64,000 nucleotides of DNA from Haliotis rubra (lineage: Eukaryota): assembly GCF_003918875.1 (NCBI RefSeq), contig NW_025766981.1, positions 434,001-498,000 on the forward strand, written 5' to 3'. The position numbers and the translations under genes are program-made. This document shows, piece by piece, positions 10,793-23,767 of the stretch (its first letter is position 1; each line of letters opens with the position of its first letter). The notes below the pieces were generated by a model. That model worked only from the letters and a program-made list of their open reading frames with translations. It had not been told where the DNA came from and searched no databases.

Positions 10793-13700
10793 ATGGACAG
10801 CGTACAAGAACAGCCTAATGTAAAGTCACAGGAAACCGCTAGTAATGTTCATGACAAACCCAAGTCTTACATCAAGGAGAGGGTCATATCAAGCGTGGTT
10901 CTGATGCTTTTCACGTGTGCCAATAACTCCTCCGTCCCTTTGTTCACCCAGTACATCCATTCTCGTTATGAGGACGTCTACAGTAACGGCACACACTCCT
11001 CGTCAATATCGACAAATAAACAATCATCGTGTCTTGCCAATGCCAGCGAGGAAGCTGTTGAGGTGGAGGTACGTGTTCAGCAGTCCACATCTTTCGAGAT
11101 CTTGAAGCTATGCCTGTGTTTTCAGATTCCCCCGGTCATCGTGAACATGGTCGTGGGGTCCTACTCGGACCACATCGGTAGGAAGCTGTTGTTTGTTTTA
11201 CCGATGCTAGGATGTACTTGTAAATATGTAGGCTTCATACTGGTAATCAAGTACCATCTTAATCTCAACTTCCTCCTCATCGGGACTCTCCTGGAGGGGT
11301 TTTCCGGTTCAACAAGCACCTTCCTCCTCGCCAACATGGCCTATGCAGCCGACGTGACGAAGACCCACGCCACCAGGACATTCGCTATAGTGATGACAGA
11401 TAGCTCGGTGTCTATCGCCATAGCATTAGGACAGGTTATGACAGGATTCCTTATTGAGAAGCTTGGCTACTTCTACCCATCAGTCATTAATACAGCTTTA
11501 ATTCTTCTTGCCACAGCCATCGTCATATTTGGCCTTACGGAAACAGTAAAGAAAACGGAGGTTAAGGAACTTTCGCCTGTAGTTCATTTAAAGAAAGTGT
11601 TCGGATTTTACGTCAACAAAAGCGGAGACAATAAGCGATCCATATTTATTGCCTCTGTGATTGTATTTGCTCTGCTGTCCATTGGACTGAATGGTAAAGG
11701 TGCGATTGAGATATTGTATCAGCTTGGTCGACCTTTCTGTTGGGATCCTGTAAAGATAGGTTACTACGGTGCCTATTCCACAGTGTTCATGACCATTAGC
11801 GGACTTGTTGCCATCAAGCTTGGGTCAGCGTGCGTGAGGGTGGAGATTCTGTCTGTAACAGGGATGTTCCTACTGATGGGGTCTCTCATTCTGCAAGGCC
11901 TGGCCAGCACAGACGCCATGCTGTATTCGGGTAATGTTAACACTTATGTCTTTATGTACATAATAATGCTCTCTAGATAATGCATGAACGCATTTCGATA
12001 ACCAATGGCTCAACAGGGAGTAGACTGTTTGATGAACACTCATTTTGCATAAATTCGCAGGAGTCGATTTAACCTTATAAAGCATACATTGGTGCAACTT
12101 GGCATTTAAACATTATAAATGTACATTTGTAGCTAGTATTAAGCAAGTAACAAAACATCATATTCACCGCAGTACGTCACTAGTCTCAGTGTAGTGTGTG
12201 ATACGTCATTGTTCCTTGCATCAACAATTGTCCTTCATGATTATGGGCACACCGGGCAAAAGAAAGTTATCACTTTTAAAGTAATTGCATAAAAAACCAA
12301 AACCCTGGTACAGGTTTGAATCCAAGCAGAAAACACTCACCGAAAACATGGTCTCGATAACAACGCATTTTTCACAACGTGGAAAACGTAGTTATGGGAC
12401 ATTGGTCCAAATGCACATGCATGATTATGGCATAAATACCGAAAATAAAAACACAACGAGCTTGCCAAGACTTACGCACGTAACGAGACAGGGCGGTCGG
12501 TATGGCCAATATGGGGGCTTCACTGCGTTAGGTGGCAAGAACTTTCAACTGCAACCAGCCCATCATCAGCAAATTGATAAACTGCTACCAGCAAACAGGC
12601 TAGACCCAAGACTGCCCAAGATAGCGAAGACCGACCGAAGACCACTATATCCGGCAGATCCGGCTCCGGAACAGATTCGTAACGGCGCCCCCGAAAGCCC
12701 AGCGATACAGGGATGAAGTGTTCAGACCTTTTGTGACAACAGCCAAGAAGAGTCATTTTGCAGCACGACAACACAAGGTCTGACACCGCCAGAATCGAGA
12801 AAACCTGCACACAGTTAATGTCAACCTACTGCTTTGGCCAGTGCTTTCTCCAGATGTGAACAATACCAGCATTACAATGAATTTTCAGTCAATATACTGG
12901 AAAATAATTTCTGTTTGTAAAATAATTATCATAAATCTCACATACGTCTTTGTTTCTAGTTTTGGGTCAAGTGAAGTCAGTGATACCTAGCCCGGTAGTT
13001 ATATTGTCATACACAACCGCCTGTGTACTGTCATACTGCGTGGTAAAAGTTTATTTGCATGAGCTTTGTCGCCCTCTTACCTGTTTGAGAGATCAGATCA
13101 TTGATTGATAATTGTACTACCTTGTTTACTTCAGTGCCTTTTGTGGCGTCCATAAGCTCCGTGTCGATACCTGTGACCCGCTCCGTTTTGTCCAGCATGG
13201 TGGAAGCTCATGAACAAGGTATGATCTAGTTCTAAGATGTCGACGGATACACATGAAAAAGTAACACAAGACAAGACAAGACAAGAATTTTATTGTATTC
13301 AAGGCCTCCGGCCCACATACAGTTTACAGAGTTATACATAAGTATTATTTTTTTTACAAGTCAATTGTAACTAATTTTTCAGCAATTCATCTACTGGAGT
13401 GTTTTATAAAAAATGACAGATTTCTAATATTTTGTTCATGGTAAGAACATAATAGTGATTTAAAAGCTACATCGGGGGTCGGGGGGGTGTGTGGCTGGGG
13501 GGTTGACAGATAATACTCTAGTATATATTTCTTTCTAAGGTCAGCATATGATTTACAGTTAAAAGTGAAGTGAATTTCGTTTTCTACTGCTTCTTTGCAT
13601 AATGGACAGATTCTTTGATTTCTCTCAATGGACGTTTTTCTTCCTTCATTTATCATCATATTTAGCAAACCTAGTCTACATTTTATAAACTTATGCCTTA

Positions 13701-16373
13701 AATCGTTGCATCTAGGTACAGATAAATATTTTTCTTGTTGTAGTAAAGTTTTAAATGTCCTTAACAATCATAGCGTGTGCTATTATTCAAACTTGATTGC
13801 CATTCCTGGTGAAACATATTAATAGCTCGATTGCGAAAATCATTAATAAATACATCAATATGACCAACAGTTTGGTTTAACCAGACATACCCATAACCGT
13901 GAGAAAACAATAAACATCTTATTCTTGATGCCCAAGTTACTTTGCCAATACTATCTAAGTGAACCAACATATTATAGGACAGTTTTGGAATGTGTTTGTT
14001 AGGCATGTTAATTATTTTAAGCCAGTATTTTAAACATCTTATCTGTGAGTTTATGTAGAGTGGGTATCTCCCGCACTCCCCATACACCCTAATCTTCGGT
14101 GTTGACGATCCAACTCCCAAAAATCTTCTACATGCTAATAAATGTATTTTTTCTAAACAATCGAAACGTTGAAATCCCCATATTTCTGAACCATATAATA
14201 AAATGGGTTGTATTTGGGCATCAAAAAGTTTAAAATATAGACCTAGTGTTAACATTCCAGTCTTGTAAATAATCGGTATTAAGTGGAAAAGAGCTTTCTT
14301 AGCGCGTAGGGAGAGATCATAAAAACTTTTTTTCATATTGAACACCGAGATACGTGTAACAATGAACTGTTTTCACAAGTTGATTACCAAGAAACAATTT
14401 ATCTTTTGGAGAAATTTGACCACCCCTCCGAAAACTAACTACATTGGTTTTATCAAGATTTACTGAGAGTTTCCAGTCCTTGGTGTAATTATCTAGAATG
14501 TTAAAATGTCTTTGTAATTCCGTCACTGTATGTGAGAGTAAAATCACATCATCTGCGAAGAGAAGCATTAACATTTCCAAGTAATCTGGAAACAGTTGAA
14601 TACCATGTTTTCCATAAACAGCAATATCATTATATAATTCACTGATAAAAAATGAAAATAGGATGGGACTGAGGATGCAACCTTGTCGCAAACCTATAGG
14701 ACAATCAAAATAGTCTGTTGTACCCGTTTCACAACGGTCACAGGACTTTATGTTTGAGTACATTTCCTTCAGCATGGAATACATTTTTTTCCCTGAGACC
14801 AGCATCTCTTAAGCAGTTCCAGAGTTTGAACCTATCAACTGTATCGAATGCTTTTTTGAAGTCTACAAATGCAACATTTAATTTATGTTTTCTACATGAT
14901 AAACATTTTTTAATAATAGCATATAAAGTGAAGATATGATCAGTCTTGGAGTAGTTTTGTCTAAACCCTGCTCGTGTTTCTGGAATTTTACCACGCATAT
15001 TTGCCCACTGGGATATCCTTTTGTTCAACATTGTTCAAATATCTTCCCTAATGGTGTGACTATACAACCGACAAAAAGTAAGAGAATTGATACTTAGTAT
15101 TATAGTGTTATGAGCCCTCTCATAAGGTCCGTAAAATTAGATCAATATCAATATCAATATCACAATAGTGGGCGACAGATGCAATGTTCCAGCTATATGG
15201 CAGCGGTTTGTAAATAATCGAGTCTGGACCATACAATCCAGTGATCAACATCATGAGCATCGATCTACGCATTAGGGATACGATGAAATGTGTTACCCAA
15301 GTCAGCGAGCCTGACTACCTGATCCCGTTAGTCGCCTTTTACGACAAGCATGGATTGCCTTCATCTGTGAAGGTCTGGATTGGAATTGGTCATGAGCAAC
15401 CCATGCTTTTCGTAAGAGGTGATTAACGGGTTCTGGTGGTCAGATTCGCTGACTTGGTTAACACATGTCATCGTATCCCAGTTGTGTAAATCGATGCTCA
15501 TACTGTTGATCACTGGATTGTCTGGTCCAGACTCGATTATTTACAGACAGCTGTCATTTAACTTGAACATTGCTGAGTGCCTCCATTAAACAAACAACCA
15601 ACCATCAACCAACCTCTTCACCAGTATATGTCGACATTTTGGCTGATTGTCGAGATTCTCTCTCGAAGGCATTTTTAAGTGTGCGCTCGGCCCTTGCACT
15701 AGTGATTGTGAGTTCCACAATAGATGTTGATGCTGTTGCTGTTGATGCCTGTGCTAACACATATTTCTCATGCACTAGGTGCTATCTTCTCCAGCATGGC
15801 TACCGTCGAAACCCTGTGTGGAGCTATAGGGAGTACGGCCTTCGTCTCTCTGTACAGAGCCACAGTGGGTACCATGAGAGGAATGACGTTCCTTGTTATC
15901 GCGGCCGTCGTGTTCATGGCCGCCATAATGAAAATGTATGTAACCCACAACCGTGACATTTTTAATGAAACATGTATCAAAATATCCAGTTAAAAAATAT
16001 ATTATAATAACTCCGTGGTCAATCAATACTGGTTTGTTTGGGTTTATTTCAAAAAGTATGACTCTTATCTGAGGTACTATTCAAAGAGCTTATTTTGCCA
16101 GGATCTGCAATAAGTCGTAATTTCAGGTTGTCTTCAAATGCTTCGAATACCACTTTTACACTCTATGAGTAAACACGAGTAATTATCTAAGCAGATTTGA
16201 CGTTATTGTAACACTTACGCTACATCTTCTTTTCTAGCGTGGTAATTGTGAAGTCCCCCAGGCAACCGAGCTATGACATCTTTCAGTCGCCACCAGAAGA
16301 TCAGAAGGCGCAAACTCCTGACCACAACCAATATGGAACAATTCCGAAAGGAGAAAACAATACACCATGCTAA
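10793..16373 (+). CDS. SLC46: SLC46-family MFS transporter, paralogue 2, about 504 aa
   Basis: Exons 10793-11930, 13135-13218, 15779-15935, 16238-16373 (TAA). GT-AG introns with the same phases as paralogue 1. Motifs SDHIGRK, YAADVT, PFCW, EQGAIFS. Tail has YDIF and YGTI. Confidence 0.92.
13266..15051 (-). mobile_element. 5'-truncated non-LTR retrotransposon (RTE-X-like LINE) in intron 2 of paralogue 2
   Basis: Frameshifted RT: AGFRQNYSKTDHIF, FVDFKKAFDTVDR, GLRQGCILSPILF, LLFADD, YTYLGV; C-terminal CPLC...EIHF..NC. The 3' end on - is AATAAA followed by (TCTTG)n. Clade assignment is inference. Confidence 0.88.
15185..15612. mobile_element. Two family B elements head-to-head (15185-15357 on -, 15364-15612 on +)
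   Basis: Consensus matches in opposite orientations. Confidence 0.82.
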
Positions 16374-16548
16374 AGCATGGACAAAGGCCCTGTGATTTTT
16401 TTATATTGGTTTCTTTTCACCTTGCCATGGTATGTGATATAATCTGAACTGCTGTATTTGACTGTAGCATGGCGTAAACAATATGGCAGCTGTATACGTG
16501 GATTATTAGATCGTTTCAAAACAATTGCCCGTCCATCTGAAAGACTGT

Positions 16549-16715
16549 GATTGATTGAGTGAGTATAGTTTTACGCCGTGTTTAGCAATAATCTAGCAAT
16601 ATTACGTCGGGGTAAACCAGAAATGGGCTTCACACATTGTACCCATGAGGGGAATCGAGCCCGAGTCTTCAGCGTGACGAGCGGACGCTAAAACCATGAG
16701 ATTACCCCACCGCCC
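16549..16715 (-). mobile_element. SINE family A
   Basis: Reverse-complement consensus match. Confidence 0.82.
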
Positions 16716-16791
16716 GTCATGCTGTGGGGGAAGTGTTCGATTATAAGGGGCTTCATCTTGTTAATCAATGCCGTTTCTATTTATGTAAGTG

Positions 16792-16959
16792 AGGGCGGTG
16801 GGGTAGCCCTGTGGTTAAAGCGTCTGCTCGTCACGCCGAAGACCCGGGTTCGATTCCCCACATGGGTACAATGTGTGAAGCCCATTTCTGGTGGCCCCCG
16901 CCGTGATATTCCTGGAATGTTGCTAAAAGCGGCGTAAAACTAAACTCATTCACTCACTC
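16792..16959 (+). mobile_element. SINE family A
   Basis: Consensus match; TSD atgtaagtga. Confidence 0.88.
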
Positions 16960-17130
16960 ATGTAAGTGACATTAATTTTATCATACACATTAATATTACT
17001 CAAAATTTCAACATTCACATTAGATATATTTTAAATAAATATGTAATCTTTGATGCTAACCGATGCTCGTTTTAACCGAGCATGTTCGATATTACAAGCG
17101 GAGCTGTCGGTGGCTACGCATTTGCATATA

Positions 17131-17624
17131 TACTAGCCACATAAAGAAACTGTGCACACCGAAAGTTCCTTCAGAATTGGAATACAACACAGAAAAGACG
17201 ACATGATGTGGACACTTTATAAGCTGAAGTATCGGGCCTCAACAACATGTCAAAAGAACATGAACAATATCCGTAACGATGACGTCAGAAGTTTAAAGTT
17301 GAGTCGGGGGTCACACGTCGAAGTCACAAAGTCAATAACGGGTATGGCCATCATGCGCGTGAAGCACAGCAGTGCATCGACGACGCATAGAGGCTACCAA
17401 TTTTTCCAAATGAAGGCCTGGGGAATGGTTTGGGACGTGGCTGTACATGCAGTAACACATTGCAAGTCCATAGGCCACCATCAATGACGTCACGTCGCCT
17501 GGCACCTGCATGAGCGTTTGATTGTCTCCAATACTTGCTATGTACACACCTTTATTTATGCATAAAGACGCTGTCTGCCTATCTTTATATTTTCTGTGTG
17601 CACAGTTTCTTTATGTGGCCAGTA
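17131..17624 (-). mobile_element. Non-autonomous Tc1 derivative (MITE)
   Basis: TIRs of about 28 bp, same as at 63273; TA flanks; remnant ASMRRRCTAVLHAHDGHTRY. The empty site is visible at about 35305. Confidence 0.88.
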
Positions 17625-18699
17625 TAGTTTTTCATGCTCTAGATCAGCAACAGAGGTTCATTGCATTTGGAAATACCGCTTGCAATGGTATGCACAATCA
17701 GTTGTTCACTTTAACAAATGGGAACAGATATCTTTATTGTTATGCTGATGTATCAAATTACATTTTTATTGATCGGCGTGTCTGTCAGCATTAAGGTTGG
17801 TAACTCATGTACAACTTCATGAGTTGTTGTCTGATTCAAACTGGCCCCAGACTGTTGTAAAACAAAATTATTTACCAAACATTTTCCTTTACTTATAAGC
17901 ACTGGAATCACTATACTTCTACACAGCAGTCATAATTCAAAATTATCTGACTATATTTTCCGGTCTGTCACATGATTGTCTGGTTCGTTAACAGGCCGCG
18001 GTAGCATGGTAGGAGAAGGACTGTGCGGCGTCAGGTACAAACATACTTCTAATTTCTGACAAACACAGGTAGGCGAGGACATGCTTACCTTTTTCGCGAA
18101 CACCTGGTGTCATCACTGATTTTCAGTGATCTATTCATATAAGTTCCAGTGCTAATTTTCCCTCTACCGCAAACGGAATTTGTGTCTGAGAATAGTTAAG
18201 ACTGGTTATTCCTTTTCACGGCGTTCAAAATGAATATGTAGACGACAGTTCGCTTTTTGCGAACAGCTGGTGTCATCACTGATTTACTATTCTTAAACGT
18301 TTCACTGCTAATTTTATCTGTACCGCAAACGGAATTTGTGTCATGGGATAGTCAAGGCAGAGTATTATTTTGCAATGGCGTTCTGTTTGAATATGTAGAC
18401 GATATTTGGCTTCTTAAGAAAATATCATATGTAATAGGTTATCGTGCGACCTAAACATTGGTTTAGGACATGAGGAAAGTCTGGACATAATGTGCTGTGT
18501 GAGTCGATTGCAACAGCGTTTTTGGTTTTCAAAAAAACCAAGACACCATTATACACATAACACAATTAAACTACAACATGTCATTGTATAATTTCACTTT
18601 TACCTTCCACCAATGCACATAGGACAAAAGGGCGTGGGACAGAGTTCAGTTTGTTATTGTTATTTTATTTTAGTTTAATGGTGTTCAACGCCGCACAGA

Positions 18700-18946
18700 C
18701 CAGTGAAGATCCGGGTTAGAATTGAAGTTCAGCAACCCATGCTTGACATAAGAGGCGACTAACCAGATCTGGTGGTCAGTCACGCTGACTTGGTTGACAC
18801 ATGTCATCGTATCCCAGTTAGTAGGTCGGTGTTCATGCTAATGTTAACTGGATTACCTGGTCCAGGCTAGATTATTTACAGACCGACGCCATATGCATGT
18901 AGCTGGAAAATTGCTGAGTGAGTCGTTAAACAACAACCAACCAACC
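18700..18946 (+). mobile_element. Family B element
   Basis: Full length, with (ccaa)n tail. Confidence 0.82.
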
Positions 18947-19982
18947 AATATGTGGCTCGTGGTGTAAACCTACCATGGGACGCATAAGAATTTGAGACTC
19001 CCAGTGGTACTGCTGCAACAACATAATTTAACGGCAATCATGAAATAAAAATCTATTGACTATTTGTGGAAAACAGCTGTTACTTTGTGCTACGCGGTGC
19101 TGCGCTGTGTCGCATGACTGTCACTGGCGCGTTAACAATTTGCAGCTTTTTGTTTCATAGTGCATATAAGGGATGTATTTTCCCGCTTCAGAAATCTTCG
19201 TGCAACCTGGGATTTTTCGTTGCCAGGTAATTCACTCTACTGCTCGGAAATGTATTCCCCTACATTATATTTTATCAAGATCATTCGAAGCAATCACATC
19301 TCAACATTCCGCTGTTAAATACAGGTAAATATACATTGCAGGTCATTTGAATAAATCTTGAAGATTCATAAAACGCTAAAGCTGCAGTTTCGTTTCTGTC
19401 CGCTGAGATTCATTAGTTAGTGAGAATGGTTTAACGCCGCTTTTAGCAATAATCCAGCAATATCACGGCGGGGGACACCAGAAATGGGCTTCACACATTC
19501 ATACATACATACACAAGCTCATTAATAAAGAATATAAACAGGACAGGGCTCAAACCACACCCTTGTCCTACGTCCTTTTTTTACATGTTCTTTGTTTATC
19601 CACTGAACATCGTTTCATAAATATTCACCACCTTTATCTATCTAACATAATAACCATGTGTCTGAACTTAAGCAACTGTGAAAACATTCCTATCAGCTCA
19701 CTAATTTTACCAGTTCACTGACAACTCACGGTTCAACAGCCTGTTATAATGGTTATTCCTTTATGAAGCTGCATCAGATATATGGAGATCTATATGGAAA
19801 TGTATATGCGCTTTAAGTATTGTGTGCAGATGTCAAATATTAACAGGATGAATAGTTTTTTATGATTATATTCTTCCTACCCTTTTCAGGCATCTGGCCA
19901 AGGGGGGGTCTCTGTTTGCATTGCGTTCTGTGGCTTTCAGGCATAATATAACCGTATTATGGCTGGTTGTTGTTGGTTGGTA

Positions 19983-20200
19983 GGCTCTATACAAAAAGAT
20001 GAAGGTCGAACTCCCCATAGCTCCACACAGGGTTTCGACGGTAGCCATGCTGGAGAATCTTTCGCACCTAGTGCATGAGAAATATGTGTTAGCACAGCAA
20101 CAGCATCAGCATCTATTGTGGAACTCACAATCACTAGTGCAAGGGCCGAGCGCACACTTAAGGATCTCGACAATCAGCCAAAATGTCGACATATAAGTGA
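19983..20200 (-). pseudogene. Inverted SLC46 exon-3 fragment with its upstream intron
   Basis: Reverse complement matches 15615-15860 (intron end plus MATVETLCGAMGS...LYRA). A 2-nt insertion follows the acceptor, and the exon is truncated. Confidence 0.85.
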
Positions 20201-20208
20201 AGAGGGTG

Positions 20209-20455
20209 GTTGGTAGGTTGGTTGGTTTGTTTAAGGCAGCACTCATTAATATTCCAGTTATATGGTGACGGTCTGTAAATAATCAAGTCTGGACCAGACA
20301 ATCCAGTGATCAAAATTATGGGAATCGCTTCATGCAGTTGGGATACGATGACATGTGCCAACCAAGTCAGCGAGCCTGACCACTCGATCCCGTTAGTCGC
20401 CTCTCCCGACAAGCATGGGTTACAGATGACCAATTCTAACCGGGATCTTCACGGG
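20209..20455 (-). mobile_element. Family B element
   Basis: Full-length reverse copy; part of the inverted SLC46 intron fragment. Confidence 0.82.
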
Positions 20456-20939
20456 TATTGATGCGCTTTACCGGTGCACATATGTCGGTGATGCGAGGGC
20501 GGTAAACGGTGTCGGTTCGACTATATGCCAGACACTGATCACATTTCCCGTTATGATAAATGATCAACACGGCAATGGGATCATTGGCCCTAATAGCTAA
20601 CTTGTAAGTGTAAACAAACACATATCCAACACATGGATGCAGCGGTAGATAACGAACGTTCATTAGGCCACGCACAATTATCTTTATTACTGACTCTATT
20701 TATGAAAGTTCACCAAACTATCCATTTAGGGCTTACGTGCTATGAACGGTCTGGTAGTAAGTTGTATTTTAAGCCAGTTTAACTTCATATATCCATATCA
20801 TGGCGGAGGACGCCAATAACCTGTTTGACACATTGTATCCCATTTTGTAGTTTGAACCCGGACTTTTTGCGTGACGGGCCAACACTTTAACTACAAGGCT
20901 ACCTCACAACCCCAACAGGGTGTTAGTTAATATTCGGTA

Positions 20940-22180
20940 GTACTTGGGTTTTAGAGAGGAATGGCCACAAGCAGGCCTTTAGGTAGTAATGGTCACAAGC
21001 CGGTCTTTAGGGAGCAATGGTAACAAGCAGGCCTTTAGGGAACAAAGGTAACAAGCAGGCCTTTAGGGAGGAATGGTAACAAGCAGGTCTTAAGGGAGGA
21101 ATGGTAACAAGCAGGCCTTTAGGGAGGAATGGTAACAAGCAGGTCTTAAGGGAGGAATGGTAACAAACAGACCTTTAGGGAGGAATGGTAACAAGCAGGC
21201 CTTTAGGGAGGAATGGTCACAAGCAGACCATTAGGGAGGAATGGTAACAAGCAGGTCTTAAGGGAGGAATGGTCACAAGCAGACCATTAGGGAGGAATGG
21301 TAACAAGCAGACCATTAGGGAGCAATGGTAACAAGCAGGTCTTTAGGGAGGAATGGTAACAAGCAGGCCTTTAGGGAGGAATGGTCACAAGCAGGCCTTT
21401 AGGGAGCAATGGTAACAAGCAGGTCTTAAGGGAGGAATGGTAACAAACAGACCTTTAGGGAGGAATGGTAACAAGCAGGCCTTTAGGGAGGAATGGTCAC
21501 AAGCAGGCCTTTAGGGAGCAATGGTAACAAGCAGGTCTTAAGGGAGGAATGGTAACAAACAGACCTTTAGGGAGGAATGGTAACAAGCAGGCCTTTAGGG
21601 AGGAATGGTAACAAGCAGACCATTAGGGAGGAATGGTAACAAACAGACCTTTAGGGAGGAATGGTCACAAGCAGACCATTAGGGAGGAATGGTCACAAGC
21701 AGACCATTAGGGAGCAATGGTAACAAGCAGGCCTTTGGAAGGTATGGTAACACGCAGACCCTTATGGGGCAATGGTCACAAGCAGGCCTTTAGGGAGTAT
21801 GGTAACAAGCAGGACCTTAGGGAGGAATGGTAACAAGCAGACCCCTTAGGGAGCAATGGTCACAAGCAGGCCTTTAGGGAGCAATGGTCACAGGCAGGCC
21901 TTTAGGGAGCAATGGTAACAAGCAGGCCTTTAGGAGGCATGGTCACAGGCAGGCCTTTAGGGAGTATGGTAACAAAGCAGGCCTTTAGGGAGTATGGTAA
22001 CAAGCAGGCCCTTAGGGAGGAATGGTAACAAGCAGGCCTTTAGGAAGGAATGATCACAAGCAGGCGTTAAGGTAGGAATGGGAAGCAAGCAATGATCACA
22101 AGCTGGCCTTCAGGTGTGTGTGTGGGAGGGGGGGAGTCACAAGCAGGTTTTTAGGGGAGGATTGGTAACACACGGGTCTT
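20940..22180. repeat. 28-bp minisatellite (about 40 units), most units containing TTAGGG
   Basis: Unit ggtaacaagcaggcctttagggaggaat; period 28 (21061, 21089, 21117). Confidence 0.95.
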
Positions 22181-22741
22181 AAGGCATTTAAAAGGAATGG
22201 TTGGTTATACGCAGGCCGTTAGGGGCGAATGGCTACAAGCACGCCTTTTTGCGCTCAACATATCCCTTGCATTCATGATACTGATCAAATGTGTAATGTG
22301 TATTACATGGATAGGATATGTAAGTATGCATCTACCACGATATTGGTTATTTATCAACTCGTGCGTGTCAGACACGGTAAAATAAGTAATTACTCCCCTG
22401 AATACTTACTGAATAGTTGTGTCACAGGCACATGTCCAAAGAGGCTTAGAAATAGAAAGATCCTTTATGTTTAAAAAGCTATGAATAATAATCCCATTAT
22501 GTTGTGGGTGGGTACAAGCAGAAAGGCAACCTATGCTAGCTCCGAACGAATGAGGTCATCGACCCCTGTGGAAAATAAATGACCTTGCAGTTTTCGTAAC
22601 CAGGGACAATGTACCAACATACTGACCTTGCCCATCCTTCTCTTTAGTGATGAGTCACTTAACCATTAAGTAAATAATTCGTCGTAATCTTAGCTTGTTG
22701 TCTCTTGCCTACCCCGACCTCCTTAATCAGTTGGTTTGAAT

Positions 22742-22773
22742 CAGAGACCATATAATAGATTATATGGTCTCTG
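22742..22773. mobile_element. 32-bp hairpin insertion with 8-bp TSD (hAT-like)
   Basis: gtttgaat[cagagaccatataat-ag-attatatggtctctg]gtttgaat. Confidence 0.75.
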
Positions 22774-23303
22774 GTTTGAATCTAGTAGCTTCCTCAACAG
22801 ACTGTTGGTCCCGACTATTTTAGGCCCTCATTTTTCTGTTTTCATTGGCGCTAATTTTCTGTAATGTTCACGCATCCAATAGCAATGAGTCACTCATGAG
22901 TCAGAGCTACCAAGCACGTTTTAGTAACCGTTCACGTAGCTTCACACTGTCTCAAAATGGAACGACGGAGAAATGAAAATTGACAAATATAACGATGAAA
23001 TATATACGAATGATATTCGCTGCTTGCAGTCGTCCGGAGTTCTGTGCACAAACCAACGAGCACTGGTCACCAAGCAGATGCACTTTCCACGAGGTCACGG
23101 TGGAGGTCCTTCACGTCAAAGTGTATTTGGTTTCCTCACTATAAATGGAAATTGATATTATATAATGCAGATTTTCTTTCATATTTATAAGTTTGCCTAC
23201 TGGAAGGTAACACACACTTTGACTGTTAGGAAACTAACATACACACACTATCAAATCATGATCAAATCATTACCATGTAGAATTACAACATAGATAAAAT
23301 ATC

Positions 23304-23456
23304 AGACAAAATATTATGGATGTCAACTTCTTCTTTATTGGATACACAACGTTTCTAGGCTATTCCTTGCCCGTTCGTCACCTGAAGGGGCAAGGAATAG
23401 CCCAGAAACGTTGTGTATCCAATAAAGAAGAAGTGGACATCCATAATATTTTGTCT
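23304..23456. mobile_element. Inverted pair of Penelope-like LTR ends forming a palindrome of about 150 bp
   Basis: Each arm has a degenerate hammerhead (ctgaag..gggc/gccc.gaaacgtt) followed by aataaagaag...atccata, like the 7218 and 45101 remnants. Confidence 0.65.
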
Positions 23457-23611
23457 TATACTTGAATACCAACTCATATATGGCTCTCAAGAACCTGATA
23501 GATAAAATGACATCATAACATTTAAAAGATTCACTCAGAAACAAAATATGCAACAATTTTCACACACACACACACACACATATATGTAGAGAGAGAAAGA
23601 GTGAGAGGAGC

Positions 23612-23767
23612 GGCTATATGGCGGCAGTCTGGAAATAATCAAGTCTGGATCAACAATCCAGTGATCAACAGCATGAGCATCGATCTACGCAATTGGGATG
23701 CGATGACATGTGTCAACCAAGTCGCCTCTAACGACTGAAGACCAATTCTAACTCGGATCTTCACGGG
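23612..23767 (-). mobile_element. Family B element (internally deleted)
   Basis: Reverse match ending tcttcacggg. Confidence 0.75.

Noticed and set aside
12285-12810. 143-aa and 96-aa ORFs in intron 1 of paralogue 2
   Set aside because: No recognisable motif; absent from the sister intron; probably an unclassified insertion.
20940-22180. CRISPR-like array or true telomere tract
   Set aside because: No unique spacers, no cas genes, eukaryotic context; TTAGGG is not tandem.
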